In this document: positions 22,517-36,232 of the stretch, one piece after another
Numbering within the stretch: the stretch's first letter is position 1
Layout: every line of letters starts with the position of its first letter
Assembly: GCF_016432865.1 (NCBI RefSeq)
Contig: NC_067398.1
Span: 744,001-808,000, forward strand
Direction: 5' to 3'
From: Antechinus flavipes
Taxonomy: Eukaryota
Length of the DNA stretch: 64,000 nt
Made by a program: the position numbers and the translations under genes
The notes under the pieces: model-generated
Told to the model about the DNA's origin: nothing
Database searches by the model: none
What the model saw: the letters and a program-made list of their open reading frames with translations, nothing else

Positions 22517-23444
22517 GGGGGCCCAGGAGAGCCGAGCGCCCTTCGAAGGTCTGGATCCCAGCCAGGCCCAGGAGGGGCCCCCAGTGCAGCCAGGGACCGG
22601 CCCCATCCTGGGAATTCCAGGACAGGGCTCAGAGCCACCCAAGACACATCAGGAGCGGAGGGGAAGCGGGGGCTGCCCCGCTTATTTACTCAGGCCCCTT
22701 CCTGTGGTCTCTCCTCCAACAAGGGGCTCCCCATGGGGAGGGGGCCCGGCGGGGAGGGGGGCCCGGCGGGGAGGGACGCGGGGCCGAGGCTTTTACATGG
22801 GTTTTACCAGCCCTGACCGAGGACCGGGGAAGATAGAGGAGGTCACCGAAGGGGGAGGAGGAAGGGCAAAGTGCCCCCCGGATCACCAGCCTGGATGGCT
22901 GACCAGAGGGACCCGAAGAAGGCCCTCCTTCCACCCAGCTCTGCTCCACTTGGCTGAGGGGGGGGTCGTTTCCCTGCAGTCATTGCGCACTCTGGCTTAC
23001 TTTAGCTTCTTTGGGGTGGGGGCAGCTGGGGAGGGAGAACCGAGAGAAAACCAAAGGTCAGCTGGAGATCTCCGCCCTGAACGTTCTTTCTGTCCCGAAG
23101 GTGGTCACCTAGGATAAAAACCGAGGGGTGCCCCTCCCCCGCTGCATCTATGGCCTTTTCTTAATCTCACCTTGACCCAGCAGCTGAGCCCGCGTCGTCC
23201 AGTTCTGGTTTCCTGCTGAGCATCAGTCACAAAGCTCGAACCGCCTTTCGCACATCCCCTGTGAGCTGTAGACCAACAATGAAGGGAACGGCGGGCCGAG
23301 CTCCATCCAGCTTAAACTCAGTATATCTAAAACTGAATGATTCCACTCTGGCAGCCCCCCCTCCCCACCGGGGCCCCTCTCCCCATGGGTCCTCCTCCCC
23401 GCCAGGCCCCCCCTCTCCCCGTGGGCCCCCCTTCCTGCCGAGCC

Positions 23445-23596
23445 CTCCTCCCCACCCGCGGCCCCTCCCCACCCGCGGCCCCTCCCCACCCGGGACCCCT
23501 CCCCACCCGCGGCCCCTCCCCACCCGGGACCCCTCCCCACCCGCGCCCCTTCCCCACCCGCGACCCCTCCCCACCCGCGGCCCCTCCCCACCCGCA
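23445..23596. repeat. 17-bp minisatellite x9, G-quadruplex-prone on minus strand
   Basis: ccctccccacccg(c/g)g(g/a)c units. Confidence 0.92.
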
Positions 23597-23679
23597 GAAT
23601 GCCCTCCCTGCTCGGGCTTCCCTGGCTTCCTTTGAACCCCATGATCCTATTTAAGGAAGGTGCTCAGATCCAGAACGCC

Positions 23680-23785
23680 AGGTGAGCAGTAGATAGAGCA
23701 CCGGGCCTCCAATCAAGAAGAGCAGCGTTCAAATCCAGATCCTTCCTGGCTGTGGAACCTCCATTTCTTCATTTGTAAAATGAGC
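23680..23785 (+). mobile_element. MIR-like SINE
   Basis: gtagatagagcac...ttcaaatcc...ccatttcttcatttgtaaaatgag. Confidence 0.6.
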
Positions 23786-24429
23786 TCGAGAACGTTTTCC
23801 ACCCCAAGAAAGCCCCAGGAAAGTCACGAAGAATTGGGCACAAATGAACCAGGGTCTCACTGTTTCCTACTTTCTATCCTGGGGCTCCTTGTGGTGCTCA
23901 GCTGTAGGACGTGCACGTTGCCTCCCTCACGTTGTTTCCCCTCACAAATCCTGCAGACCCCAGGATCCAATATTCCCTGGGACAACCCCCCCCCAGCTGC
24001 TTACAGACTCCTCAGGGAAAAATTCAGCAAAGGGCCTGGGAGGGTCCTCACTAGAAATGCAAGTCGGGCCCCCCAAGCATCTCCCGCAGCTGCTGCCTGT
24101 TCCCCACCCCCAGGGTCCCCATCCAAGCTGGCGCTGCAAGCACACACGCAGCCCTCGGGGAACCTTTAGCTGCTAATGTCGAACCAGCTTGGATGGCTCT
24201 TACATGTAACATGTGAGTGTGTTCTGCCGTCTAAGAATCCGTCGTCTCTCCCTTTAGACTGCACCCGTGCAGGACAAGACCGATTTTCCCTTGATAGGTC
24301 CGGTCCCAAGCAGAGTTCCTAGGATGCAGTGGATGCTTATTAAAGTCTTGCTCATTAATGATGTGGGAGAGGAATAAATTCAAGTGGCTAACGATGGCAA
24401 GAGGAGGGGAAAGTCAAGTTAACAAGCAG

Positions 24430-24640
24430 TCACTAAGTGCTCTTTGGGTGACAAAGCACTGAATTCAAATCCAGCCTCATTTCCTTATCAGCTGAGCAAG
24501 CCGTTTCATTTCTATCTGCTTCCTCAACTGTAAAATGGGAATAATAACAGCTTCCCTGGGTTGGTGCGAGGATTAAGTATGAAAACATCTGTAAGGTAAT
24601 TAGCATAGAGTGGGCACTTAATAAATGCTTATTCCTTTCT
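24430..24640 (-). mobile_element. MIR-like SINE
   Basis: ctcaactgtaaaatgggaataataacagc...gattaag... core-tail with MIR/L2-type end. Confidence 0.6.
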
Positions 24641-25404
24641 CTTTCCCCTGAATGCTGGGAATACAAAGGAGAAAAAACATTCCAGGCTTCTTTTCTCTTT
24701 ATAATCTGGTGTTTAATATTAAGGTCACATATCCACTTAAAATGGATTGTGGAACAGAATACAAGGCATTAATCTAAGCTTTATTTCTACCAAAATGCTT
24801 TCCAAGCAGTTGCTATATGTATGAAACAAGTTAGCTCACTCACATAGAGAAACAAATGTCAAGATATTAGGAGACACTTGTCCAGAACTAAGACCCAACA
24901 AGCATGTGGTGCCCTGAGCTTGGCGTAACAACAATCCTTTGCGTTCACCCTGTGGTTGATTTGAGCCCCACATTGTTTCATACACTGATTGTATTGCTTT
25001 GACCAGCAAGCACAGGTATTCTCTGAGCTCAAATACCTGCTGGATCCACATTCTAGTCATGAAGGCCTTCTGTGGATCAAGCTCATCACACTGTTGCTGT
25101 TCTCTTCATTGTCAAGACTACAGGTCACTGTGCAGCTATCGGTGTAAATATTGACACTGGATCATATTAAAGAAGGGGACCCCCACTGCGGGGCAGGACC
25201 CCAGTATGTGTGTTCTTGTCATTTCACTCACTTTCAAATTAAAATTCTGTTTGATTTCTAATTGTCCAATCTGTTCTATTCAATCATTCAAAGTTTAGAA
25301 GCTGGTTCTGTGCGGTTGACACATGAGAAACCAAAGTCATTACCCAATTCATAAGTGTTCAAATGACATAAATCTATAGTTTTCAAAAAAAAAATGCCGA
25401 CTAT

Positions 25405-26161
25405 CGAAGACAGCAGAGACAACACACATTTTTCTCTGACCTTCTTTACAACCCTCACAATAACTATTAAATCCAGCCTCTGAATTAGCTCTGGATGGGC
25501 AGAACCCACAAATATTGGGAGTGCAGCAAATTATCAGCAGAAGATAATTTCAAAGATCACCAATAATGATCTGTTTCAATTGGAAGTGGGAGGAGGCGCC
25601 AGGGCAACCAGTCCAAATGCTAGCGCAGATAGCTCAGAGCCCCGGGGTATTGCTGACAACTCCACATGGCAGAGCCAGCACCAGGAGTGAATCAGCCCAT
25701 CACACAAAGCTCTCTTAGAAGAACCTAGAAAGGATCTTAAAAGAGAACTAGAGGAAAAATGGGGAAAGGAAATGAAAGCCTTGCAAGAGAGTCTGGAAAA
25801 GGCAACACAAAATACACATAGTAAAAGGGAAAAACCATATAACTCATTAAAAGATAGATTTGATATACTGTAAAAAGAAAACAACTCCCAGAAAAATAGA
25901 ATTTGTGAAACAGAAAAAGAAAATAATTTCTTAAAAAACAAAATCTGTGAAATGCAAAAAAATAATAATTCTTTTAAAAAATTGGCAAAATGGAAAAAAA
26001 TCCATAGAATAAAACAACCTATTTAAAAACTCAATTGGACAAATACAAAAAGAAATTTAAAAAGTAAATGAAGAAAATAATTCATTAAAAATCAGAATTG
26101 AACACATGGAAATGAATGACTCGAGGAGACACCAAGAATCAGTAAAGCAAAACCAAAAAAG

Positions 26162-26193
<32 letters not shown>

Positions 26194-29100
26194 AAAGATG
26201 TTAAATACCTACTTGGGAAAACAACAGACCTGGAAAATAGATGTAGGAGAGGTAAGCTAAGGATGACTGGACTCCTGAAATCATGATGAAAAAAAGAGCC
26301 GAGACACTATTTTTCAGGAAATCATCAAAGAGAACTGCCCAGATATCATAGAAACAGAAGGTAAAATGGACATTGAAAGAATTCATCAATCACCTACAGG
26401 AAGTGGTCCCAAAATCAAAACTCCAAGAAACATTGTGGCTAAATTCTAGAACTATCAGACCAAGTCAAAAATACCAGAGAAAAACAATTCAAATAGCAAG
26501 GAGCCATAGTAAGGATCACTCAGGATCTAGCAGCTTCCACATTAAAGAATTGAAGGGCCTGGAATTTGATATTCCAAAATTCAAAGGAACTTGGTATGTA
26601 GCCAAGAATAAACTACCCTGCTAAACTGAGCATTTTCTTCCAGGGAAGAAGATGGTCATTCAATGAAATAGGTAAATTCTAGACATTTCTGACAAAAACA
26701 AAAAACAAAAACAAAAACAAAAAAAACAGAGCTAAACAAAAATTTTGACCTCCAAATATAGGACTCAAGAGAAGCATAAAAAGGTAAAAAGAACTATTGA
26801 GAATTGTATTACTGTTATGGGTATACATAAACAGTACATGTGTGATTTGGTTTACTGTTGTAATATAAAAAAGGATCTAGAGGTGGAAAGAAAATTGTAC
26901 CAGAAAAAGGGAAAAGTGGAGGTAAAAAGAGGGAAACTATATCTCACAAAGAGGCAAAGGAAACCTATTAGATCTGAAGGAAAGAAGGGAGGGGATGATC
27001 ACAGTATGAATTTTACTCTCATCAGAATTGGCTTAAAGAAAAAAATATTAGACATATTTGGTTTACAGAGAAAATTCTCCCATCTCATTGAAAATAGGAA
27101 AAGTGAAAAGGGAAGGAGTAAGCTAAATAGAAGGGAATACAGAAATTGTAAAGAAAAGATTTAAGGAAAGGGGAAGGACTCTAAGGTGGGAGGAGGGATT
27201 CTAAAAAGAGAGGACTGCATGAGGCAAGTAGTGCTCATAAGTTTAATACTGGGGAGGACGGTAAGGGGGGAAGGAAAGAGAAAAGCATAATCTGGGGTTA
27301 ACAAGATGGCAGGAAATTCAGAATTAGCAATCTTAACCATAAAGGTGAATGGGATAAACTCCCATAAACCAGAAGCCAATAGTAGACTGGATTAAAAGCC
27401 AGAATCCTACAATATGTTGTTCACGGAAACACACCTGAAGCAGGAAGATAATTCAGAATAAAGGCAAGAGGCTGGAGGAGAATCTATTATGCTTCAGGTG
27501 AAGTCAAAAAAGGAAGGATAGTCATCCTGATCTCAGATCAAGCAAAAGCAAAAATTGATCTGATTAAAAGATATAAGGAAGGGCACTATATCTTGCTAAA
27601 GGGTAGTATAGATAATGAAGCAATGTCAATACTAAACATATATGCACCAAGTGGTATAGCATCTAAATTTCTAAAGGAGAAGTTAAGAGAGCTGCAAGAA
27701 GAAATGGACAACAAAACTATAATAGTGGGAGATCTCAACATTGCTCTCTCAGAACTAGATAAATCAAACCACAAAATAAGAAAAGTTAAAGGGGTAAATA
27801 GAACACTAGTAGAGTTAGGTATGATAGCTCTTTGGAGAAAATTGAATGGAGATAGAAAAGAGTACACTTTCTTCTTGATAGTTGATGGAATATATACAAA
27901 AACTGATCATATATCAGGACATAAAGACCTCAAATTCAAATGCAGAAAGTCAGAAATAGTAAATGCATCCTTTCAGATCACAATGCAATGAAAATTACAT
28001 TCAATAAAAAGCCAGGGGAAAATAAACTAAAAAGTAATTGGAAACTAAATAATCTCATCCTAAAGAATGAATGGGTGAAACAACAAATCAGACAGAATTA
28101 ATAATTTCACCCAAGAGAATGACAATAATGAGATGACATACCAAAATATGTGGGATGCAGTCAAAGTGGTAATAAGGGGAAACTTTATATCTTTAGAGTC
28201 CTACTTGCATAAAATAGAGAAAAAAAATAATGAATTATGCTTGCAATTAAAAAAGCTAGAAAAGAGCAAATTCAAACCCCCCATCAAAAACTATACTTGA
28301 AATTCTTAAAATAAAATGAGATTAATACAATTGAAAGTAAAAAAAAAAGTATTTAATTAATAAATAAAAATAGGAGTTGGTTCTATGAAAAAAACAAAAA
28401 AAAAAAAATAGATAAACCCTTGGTAAATTTGGTTAGAAAAAGGGAAGAGGAAAATCAAATTGTTATTCTTAAAAATGAAAAAGGAGAACTTGCCACTAAT
28501 GAAGAGTTAGAACAATAATTAAGAGTTGCTTTGCCCAACTTTATGCCAATAAATTTGATAACTTAAATGAAATGGATGAATACCTTCAAAAATATAGGCT
28601 TCCCAGATTAACAGAGGAGGAAGTAAATTGTTTAAATAGTTCTATGTTAGAAAAAGAAATAGAACAAGTTATTAATCAACTCCCTAAGAAAAAATCCCCA
28701 GGACCAGATGGATTTACAGGTGAATTCTACCAAATATTTAAAGAACAATTAACTCCAATGCTATATAAACTATTTGGAAAAAAATAGGGAATGAAGCAGT
28801 CCTGCCAATTTCCTTTTATGACACAGACATGGTACTAATATCTAACTAGATTGGTCTGTAATTTTCTTTCTCTGTTATTGTCCTATCTCCCTAATGAATA
28901 TCAATGCAAAAATCTTAAATAAAATATTAGCAAAAAGGTTACAGAAAATCATCTCTAGGATAATACACCATGACTAAGTAGGACTTATACCAAGAATGCA
29001 GGGCTGGTTCAATATTAGGAAAACTATAAACATAATTAACTATATCAATATCCGAATTAACAAAAACCATATAATCATCTCAATAAATGCAGAAAAAACA

Positions 29101-31500
29101 TTTGATAAAATCCAACATCCATTCTTATTAAAAACACTAGACAGTACAGGAATAAATGGACTTTTTCTTAAAATAGTCAGTAGCATCTATTTAAAATCAT
29201 CAGTAAGCATCATATGTAATGGTGACAAACTGGAACCATTCCCAATAAAATCAGTAGTGAAACAAAGTTGCCCACTATCACCATTACTATTCAATATTAT
29301 ATCAGAAATGCTAGTTTTGGCAATAAGATGAAAAAGAAATGAAAGGAATTAGCGTAGGCAATGAGGAAACCAAATTATCACTCTTTGCAGATGATATGAT
29401 GGTGTACTTAGAGAACCCCAGAGATTCTACAAAAAAGCTATTAGAAATAATGAGCAAAGTTGCAGGATACAAAATAAATCCACATAATCATTAATATTTC
29501 TATACATCACTAACAAAATTCAACAAGCAAGAGATACAAAGAGAAATTCCATTTAAAATAACTGCTGATAGTATAAAATATTTGGGAATCTATCTGCTAA
29601 AGGAAAGTCAGGAACTATATGAGCAAAACTATAAAACACTTTCCACACAAATAAAGTCAGGTCTAAACAACTGGAAAAATAATAAGTGCTCCTGCATAGG
29701 CCGAGTGAATATAATAAGGATATACTACCTAAACTAATCTAGTTAGTGCTATACCAATCAGACTCTCAATAAACTATTTTATTGACATAGAAAAAATAAC
29801 AATAAAATTCATCTGGAAGAACAAAAGGTCAAGAATTTCAAGGGAACTAATGAAAAAAAAAATCAAATGAAGGTGGCCTAGCTGTACCAGATCTAAAACT
29901 ATATTGTAAAGCAGCAGTCACCAAAACCATTTGGTATTGGTTAAGAAATAGCTTAGTTGGTCAATGGAATAGGTTAGGTTCACAAGACAAAATATTCAAT
30001 AACTATAGGAATCTAGTGTTTGACAAACCCAAAGACCTCAACTTTCAGGATAAGAATGCACTATTTGACAAAAACTGCTGGGAAAATTGGAAGCTAGTAT
30101 GGCAGAAACTAGGCATTGACCCATACTCAACACCATACACCAAGTTAAGATCAAAATGGGTTCATGATCTAGGCATAAAAAAGTGGGATTATAAGTAAAT
30201 TAGAAGAATATAGGATATTTTACCTCTCAGACTTGTGGAGGAGGAAGGAATTGGTGACCAAAGAACAACTAGAGATCATCATTGATCACAAAATAGAAAC
30301 TTTTGATTATATCAAGTTAAAAAGCTTTTGTAGAAACAAAATTTATGCAGACAAGATTAGAAGGGAAGTAATAAAATGGGAAAACATCTTTACAGTTAAA
30401 GGTTCTGATAAAGGCTTCATTTCCAAAATATATAATGAATTGACTTAAATTTATAAGAATTCAAGCCATTATCCAATTGATAAGTGGTCAAAGAACAGAC
30501 AATTTTCAGATGATGAAATTGAAACTATTTCTATCCATATGAAAAGGTGTTCCAAATCATTATTGATCAGAGAAATGCAAATTAAGACAATTCAGATAAT
30601 ACATCAGTCAGATTGGCTAAGATGACAGGAAAAAATAATGTGGAATGTTGAGAGGATGCGGGAAAACTGGGACACTGATACATTATTAGTGGAGTTGTGA
30701 AAGGATCCATCCATTCTGGAAACCGATTTGGAACTATCCTCAAAAAGCTGTCAAACTGTGTATACCCTTTGATCCAGCAGTGTAACGACTGGGCTTATAT
30801 TCCAAAGAGATCTTAAAGAAGGAAAAGGGAACTGTATGTGCAAAAATGTTTGTGGCAGCCCTTTTTGTGGTGGCTAGAAACTGGAAACTGAGTCGATGCC
30901 CATCAATTGGAGAATGGCTGGGTAAATTGTGGCATATGAATGTTATGGAATATTATTGTTCTGTACGAAATGACCAACAGGATGAATACAGAGAGGCCTG
31001 GGGAGACTTACATGAACTGAAGCTGAGGGAAATGATCAGAACCAGGAGATCATTATACATTTAACAACAATACTATATGAGGATCAACTCTGATGGACAT
31101 GGCTCTCGTCAACATTGAGATCATCCAAATCAGTTCCAATTGACAAGTAATAAACAGAACCATCTACATCCAGCAAAAGAAAACTGGGAAATGAGTGTGG
31201 ACCACAACATAGCATTTCCACTCTTTCTGTCATTGTTTGCTTGCATTTTTGTTTGTCCTCCTTGGTTATTTTTACCTTCTTTCTATATCCATTTTTTTCT
31301 TGTGCAGCAAGACAATTGTATAAATATGTAGACATATATTATATTTAACATATACCTCAATATATTTAACATGTATGGGAATCCTGCCATCTAGGGAATG
31401 GGGTGAAAGGAAGGAGGGGAAAAGTTGGAACAGAAGTTTTTGCAAGGGTCAATGTTGAAAAATTACCCATGCATATATTTTATAAAAGGCTATAATTTAA
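25405..31500 (+). mobile_element. Near full-length defective L1 (5'UTR, ORF1, long spacer, ORF2, 3'UTR)
   Basis: ORF2 peptides ([30 protein letters not shown]) broken by stops and frameshifts; TSD-like aaaaaatgccgactat 25389-25404 vs aaaaattgctgactat 31501-31516. Confidence 0.95.
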
Positions 31501-32741
31501 AAAAATTGCTGACTATTAACAACTATAGAAAAGAATGGTCCAAATGCCCAACAATAATGCAAAAATGCAATGCACAAAAATCAGTTCTGAAGTTCTACTT
31601 CATATCCCACAAACTGGCAAAGATGAGAAAGGATGGGAATAACCAATGCTGGAACCACTGTGGGAAGACAGAGGCTCTAGTACGTTGTTGGTGGAGCTGT
31701 GAATCAATATAATCATTTTGTAAAACAATTTGTAAATATGGAAATGAAGTAACTAAAATGCTCTAAGAAAGCCATCCATAAAAAGAAAGCACCTACTGAC
31801 AGAAATATTTCTATCACGGAGCTTGTGTGTGTGTGCTATAAACGAATTCAGAGAAGAGTATAAATCCTGTGTGAACTGATGCAGAGGGAAGTGAGCAGAG
31901 GCAAGAGAACACTTACTATAATAGGATAAGTGAAAAAAAAAAACCAACCCATAATTTGCAAAATGACAAAGAACAAGTCTGGTTTGAGAGATCCATCCCT
32001 ATCCTGGGCTGCCTGGCAGGTCCTTGCATATACCACCCTTCAAAGCCAAACCACTCTGGCTTTCATCAAATGGCAAGACTCTTGCCCATTGTCTTGATGG
32101 CTTTTGATGGGTATAAATAGTAACGGTGTCTGTTCTGCTCAGAAACTCAGAGTCTCCCCTTCCCAGAACGATATTTCACAACAGTAAATTTGGCTCTTCT
32201 CTCAATTCTCATTTGTCCTTAGTCACTGAATGGGTGTTGCCTCAGCCAAACCGAGGCATGGGTTCAATTTAGAAACACGCACTACATCCTGGGCAATCAC
32301 TGGTCATCCTGGCTTTAGCTTTGCCTTGGGACTCGGCTCCCTCTGGAGGAGAGAGTGAGGGTGAGCCCCTGGCAAATCTCCATCTAATTCACTGTTGAAG
32401 AACAAAGGACACACAGAATCCCTGGCATGTTTTCTTTTTTTTTTTCTTTAAAAGTATTATTTGTTATATAGGATGACTTGAGAAGGGAATGGGAAGGTAT
32501 ACTGAGAATTTTTTGGTGATGTAAAACAATAATATCAACACAGATTTATTTCACTCAATAAACAAATGAATAAAAAGAGTCTTAAAAGGATGCTGTAGGT
32601 CATCTTAGAAGGAGCCATTTCAGCCAGTAGTTGAGTCTGAAGCCATCTTGCAAAGGCAGAGATAAATCCCCTAGGGATTGAGGTGTGAAAAGGAAGACCT
32701 GGGATGTCTGGGGTGGCTGGCAAGCTCAGGTGAGGTTTCTT

Positions 32742-32886
32742 TCTTCCCTGCCCCAGGCAATCAGGGTTAAGTGACTTGCCCAGGGTCACACAGCTAGGAA
32801 GTGTTAATTATGTGAGACAGAATTGAACTCAGGTCCTCCTGACTTCAGGGATGGTCCTCTATCCACTGCGCCACCTAGCTGCCCCC
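32742..32886 (-). mobile_element. tRNA-derived marsupial CORE-SINE (WSINE1-like)
   Basis: Minus strand ggggcagctaggtggcgcagtggatagag...; 15-bp TSD caggtgaggtttctt at 32727-32741 and 32887-32901. Confidence 0.9.
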
Positions 32887-33239
32887 CAGGTGAGGTTTCT
32901 TAAGGATGAGGAGACCCAACCATGTTTGACAGTTTCAGGCAAAGATGCAGGAATAAAAATTAGAGAGAGGGAAGGTGATTGAGGTGGAGGCAGGAGCAGA
33001 CAGAGGCAAGGCTGTGAGCAGCAGGGGCCCTGACCAGGAAAAGGCTCATCTCTTCCTCAGGGATTCTGAGATCAAAGTGGGGAGAATTGAGATGAGGGAT
33101 GTGGAGGAACCTGAGCAGGGAATAGGTGAAAGGAGGACAGGGATGCTGGTCAGCCTTCTTTTTCTTGATAAAGCATAAGGTGAAATCTCTCTCTTGAGGT
33201 GAGAGTAAGTGATGAAATAGTAATAATTCAACATAATAG

Positions 33240-33430
33240 CTAGTCTTTAGATACAGTTTTTAAGCTTTGCAAAGCACTCTGCAAACATCTCTTTCTTGGA
33301 TACTCACAATAACCCTGAGAAGTAGGCGCTATTATCACCCCCATCTTATAGATGTGGAAACTGAGGCAGACAGCAGATTTACCTAGGGTGATATTGCTAA
33401 TACCTGAGGCTGGCTGTGGAGAGTGGGATA
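33240..33430 (+). mobile_element. MIR-like SINE
   Basis: tactcacaataaccctgagaagtagg...attatcacccccatcttatagatgtggaaactgaggc. Confidence 0.7.
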
Positions 33431-33799
33431 GGCCCTCAGTGGGAGAGAACTGGAGGGTTTTTGTGCAGGAATGAGGCGCCACAATGTACATTTGTAGGAA
33501 GTCCAGTGGCAAGGCTGTTGAAGTGTGGGGGAGAGACCCAGAGACATCGTCCAGGGATGAGACAGCCAGGAATTTGGGGAAGAGAATCAGGGTGAGGTCA
33601 GAGTGTGTGAGGAACTTGAAGGACTCTAGAAAGGATAATGGAGGAACGGGGGTATGAACAAAAGAGTCACCCGGGACGGCAACAAGACAAAGCACAGCCT
33701 CGCTCCCTTGCTGCTCTTCTTCTACTCAGAGCTAGAAAGAGCACTGGACTCTAAGCAGGATGTCCCACCATCAGCTGCCGTGGGGTGGGCATCTGGATG

Positions 33800-36232
33800 G
33801 CTCCGGCTGTCTTAGCCACTCGGACAGCGAAGATGAAGTTGGCCCAGAAGGCACCTCATACAGAATTTTAAAACCCCCCGGGGACTGGGGGAGATCCTGG
33901 GGACCCACGCTGGCCACAGGGGCAGGAGCACATTCCACCGAGGAGAGCTCTGTTACCCACTTCTCCGGGAGGGCCCAGGTCTGACTGAGAAGAGTCCTGG
34001 GGGTGGCAGAAAGATCCTGGACCCAGACTTGCACTAAATGAGCAGAATGGTAGAGAGCAAACAGATGGCACGTGCCTCAGACCCAGGAGCCAAGTGGAAG
34101 CTCAGAAGTAGCCCCAGGCCAAGCTGAAGGCAAATAACGGGGGCAGGAGCCCCAGCACCCAAGGGCAGCCACGCAGTAATCAGCTGAAACTTCCAACCCA
34201 TCGGGATAGCCCAACCCTGGGAGCCTTAAAAGCTTGCGGACCCAACCAATAGAACACAAGTTCTGATCAGCCATTCAACTCAAAAAGGCACAAAGTTCAT
34301 CTGAACAAAGTCCAAAGAAAAAAAGAGAGGCAGAATGAAGAGACACACAGAGACAGAGAGCCAGGGACAGTTGGCCAGACAGAGAGCCAGGGACAGAATA
34401 CTGCTATAAAGAACTCTTATGACCACAAGAAGTTCAAGACCCAACTCAGAAAAAGAGAATAATTCAAAATATCTAGAAATCAAAATCTCAACTAAAAATG
34501 AAACTCCAACACAAGTCCAACCAGAATTCTGGGAAGAGATAGGATTTTAAATAAAATAAGAAATGATTATAAAAACCAGATGAGAGGGGCATGAAAAATG
34601 GAAAAAGGAATGAAAGCTATGGTAAAAGGACATCTTGAAATAAGATGAACAAAACCTTGTCCAAGAAAGCAACACCCCAAACATAACAATTGATTAAAAT
34701 GAAAATTCCTAGGATCATAGTAGCCAAAAGGCAGTGCTCTCAGGACAAGGGAAAACTACTGCAAGCAGTCAGAAAGAATTAAGCACCAAGCAGCCACAGC
34801 CAAGGTCTGCCAGACTGAGCTTGGAATATGATATTTTAGAAGGCAAAAGATCTAGGCTTACAATCACGAAAATCTTTACTCATCAAGACTCAGTATAATA
34901 TGATTGGGGCTTTGGGGAGCCTGGAATTAAACTAATTCCTTCCTTCTAAGACTTCCAAATAGTCCCTGATGAAAAGACTAAATCTGGATAGAAAATCTAC
35001 TCATCCAAATACATTAGTTAAGAGATGCAGGAAAAGGTAACACGAGCAAGCAAACATAAGGGATTAAACAAGGTTAAACTGTTTACATTCTTATATTAAA
35101 AAATGCTACACGTAACCCTTCAAAACTCTATCATCATCAGGAGTCACAAAAGAAGGCTAATTAGACAGGCAGCAGGAAGTGATTCACTAATGTTCTGATA
35201 ATGATAAAAGAAGAATTGAAGGAGATGAGGTGAGAAAGAGGAATACACAATATATAACCACCAAATGGCATAGCATCTAAATTCTTAAATTTTAAATGAA
35301 TTACAAGGAGAAATAATAAAACTATAATAGAGGAGACCCTCGATTTATCTCTTCTGAGAGCTAAATAAATCTAAACCTCTTCCTCTACCAAACAATAAAA
35401 AAGTAAGGACTTGAGTAAAATTTTATGAAAATTAAATATGATAGACTTCTGGAGAATACTTGATAGAAATATAAAATAGTATGCCTATTTTTCAGCTGTG
35501 CATGACACTTTCACACACACATACACAACCTGATCATATATTAGAGCAGAAAACTCCACAAATGCAGAAAAATGAAATTGATATTTTACTAACCATAATA
35601 CTGTGGAATTATATTCAATAAAGGGTCTTTAAAGCAAAGATTAAAAAATAATTGTAAACTAAATAACTTAATCCAGAAGAATAGGCATTTCAAAGAATAA
35701 ATCTTAGAAATAATCAATATTTTCATTAAAAATAATCACAGAAATGAGACAATATACCACCATTTTTGGAATGTACCTAACGCAATACTTAGGGGAGATT
35801 TTATATTTCTAAGCATTTTCATCAATAAAAAAGCCACCGTAAATGAGATTTCTTTCTAAAAGTAAACAAAGAGACTAGGGGAAGTCAGAAAGTAATAATC
35901 TAGAAGCAGACACTGAAGAGTTCTGGGCAGAACCTTGCAACAGCCTGCCTACAGGTGAATCAATATGTTGGGGGTTTGGTTTTTGTTTTTCAGGTAAGTT
36001 TGTTAAAAATGGAGTGGTGCCTAGATAGTTCAATAGAGAGACAGACACACAATAAAATAGCAAATAAACAAAATGAAATCACAACACAATTTTTAAAAAT
36101 CAAAAGAATGATCAGAACATATTGTACATAGTTACAAGCTTACAAAGTTGAGAATATAAAAGAAAGAGAGAAAAACCTTCAAAAATATAAAATATCCAAA
36201 ACTTAAGAATACTAGATAGGGATTTTAGATAA
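33800..36232 (+). mobile_element. Older, heavily decayed L1 (5'UTR/ORF1/EN fragments)
   Basis: ORF1-like A-rich sequence from about 34400 and EN motifs (ctataatagaggagacc, cataatactgtggaatt) at 35.3-35.8 kb. Confidence 0.55.

Noticed and set aside
17613-23596. CRISPR-like interpretation of the tandem repeats
   Set aside because: Eukaryotic sequence; the repeats are contiguous with no unique spacers.
24836-25060. Minus-strand ORF with faint RT-like pattern (KAF...AIQSVY)
   Set aside because: Possibly an old LINE fragment, but too degenerate to call.
28085-28095. 2-bp deletion (aaatca|ga) shared by the twin L1s
   Set aside because: The same deletion occurs in the unrelated fragment at about 6275, suggesting a hotspot, so it was not counted as evidence of common origin.
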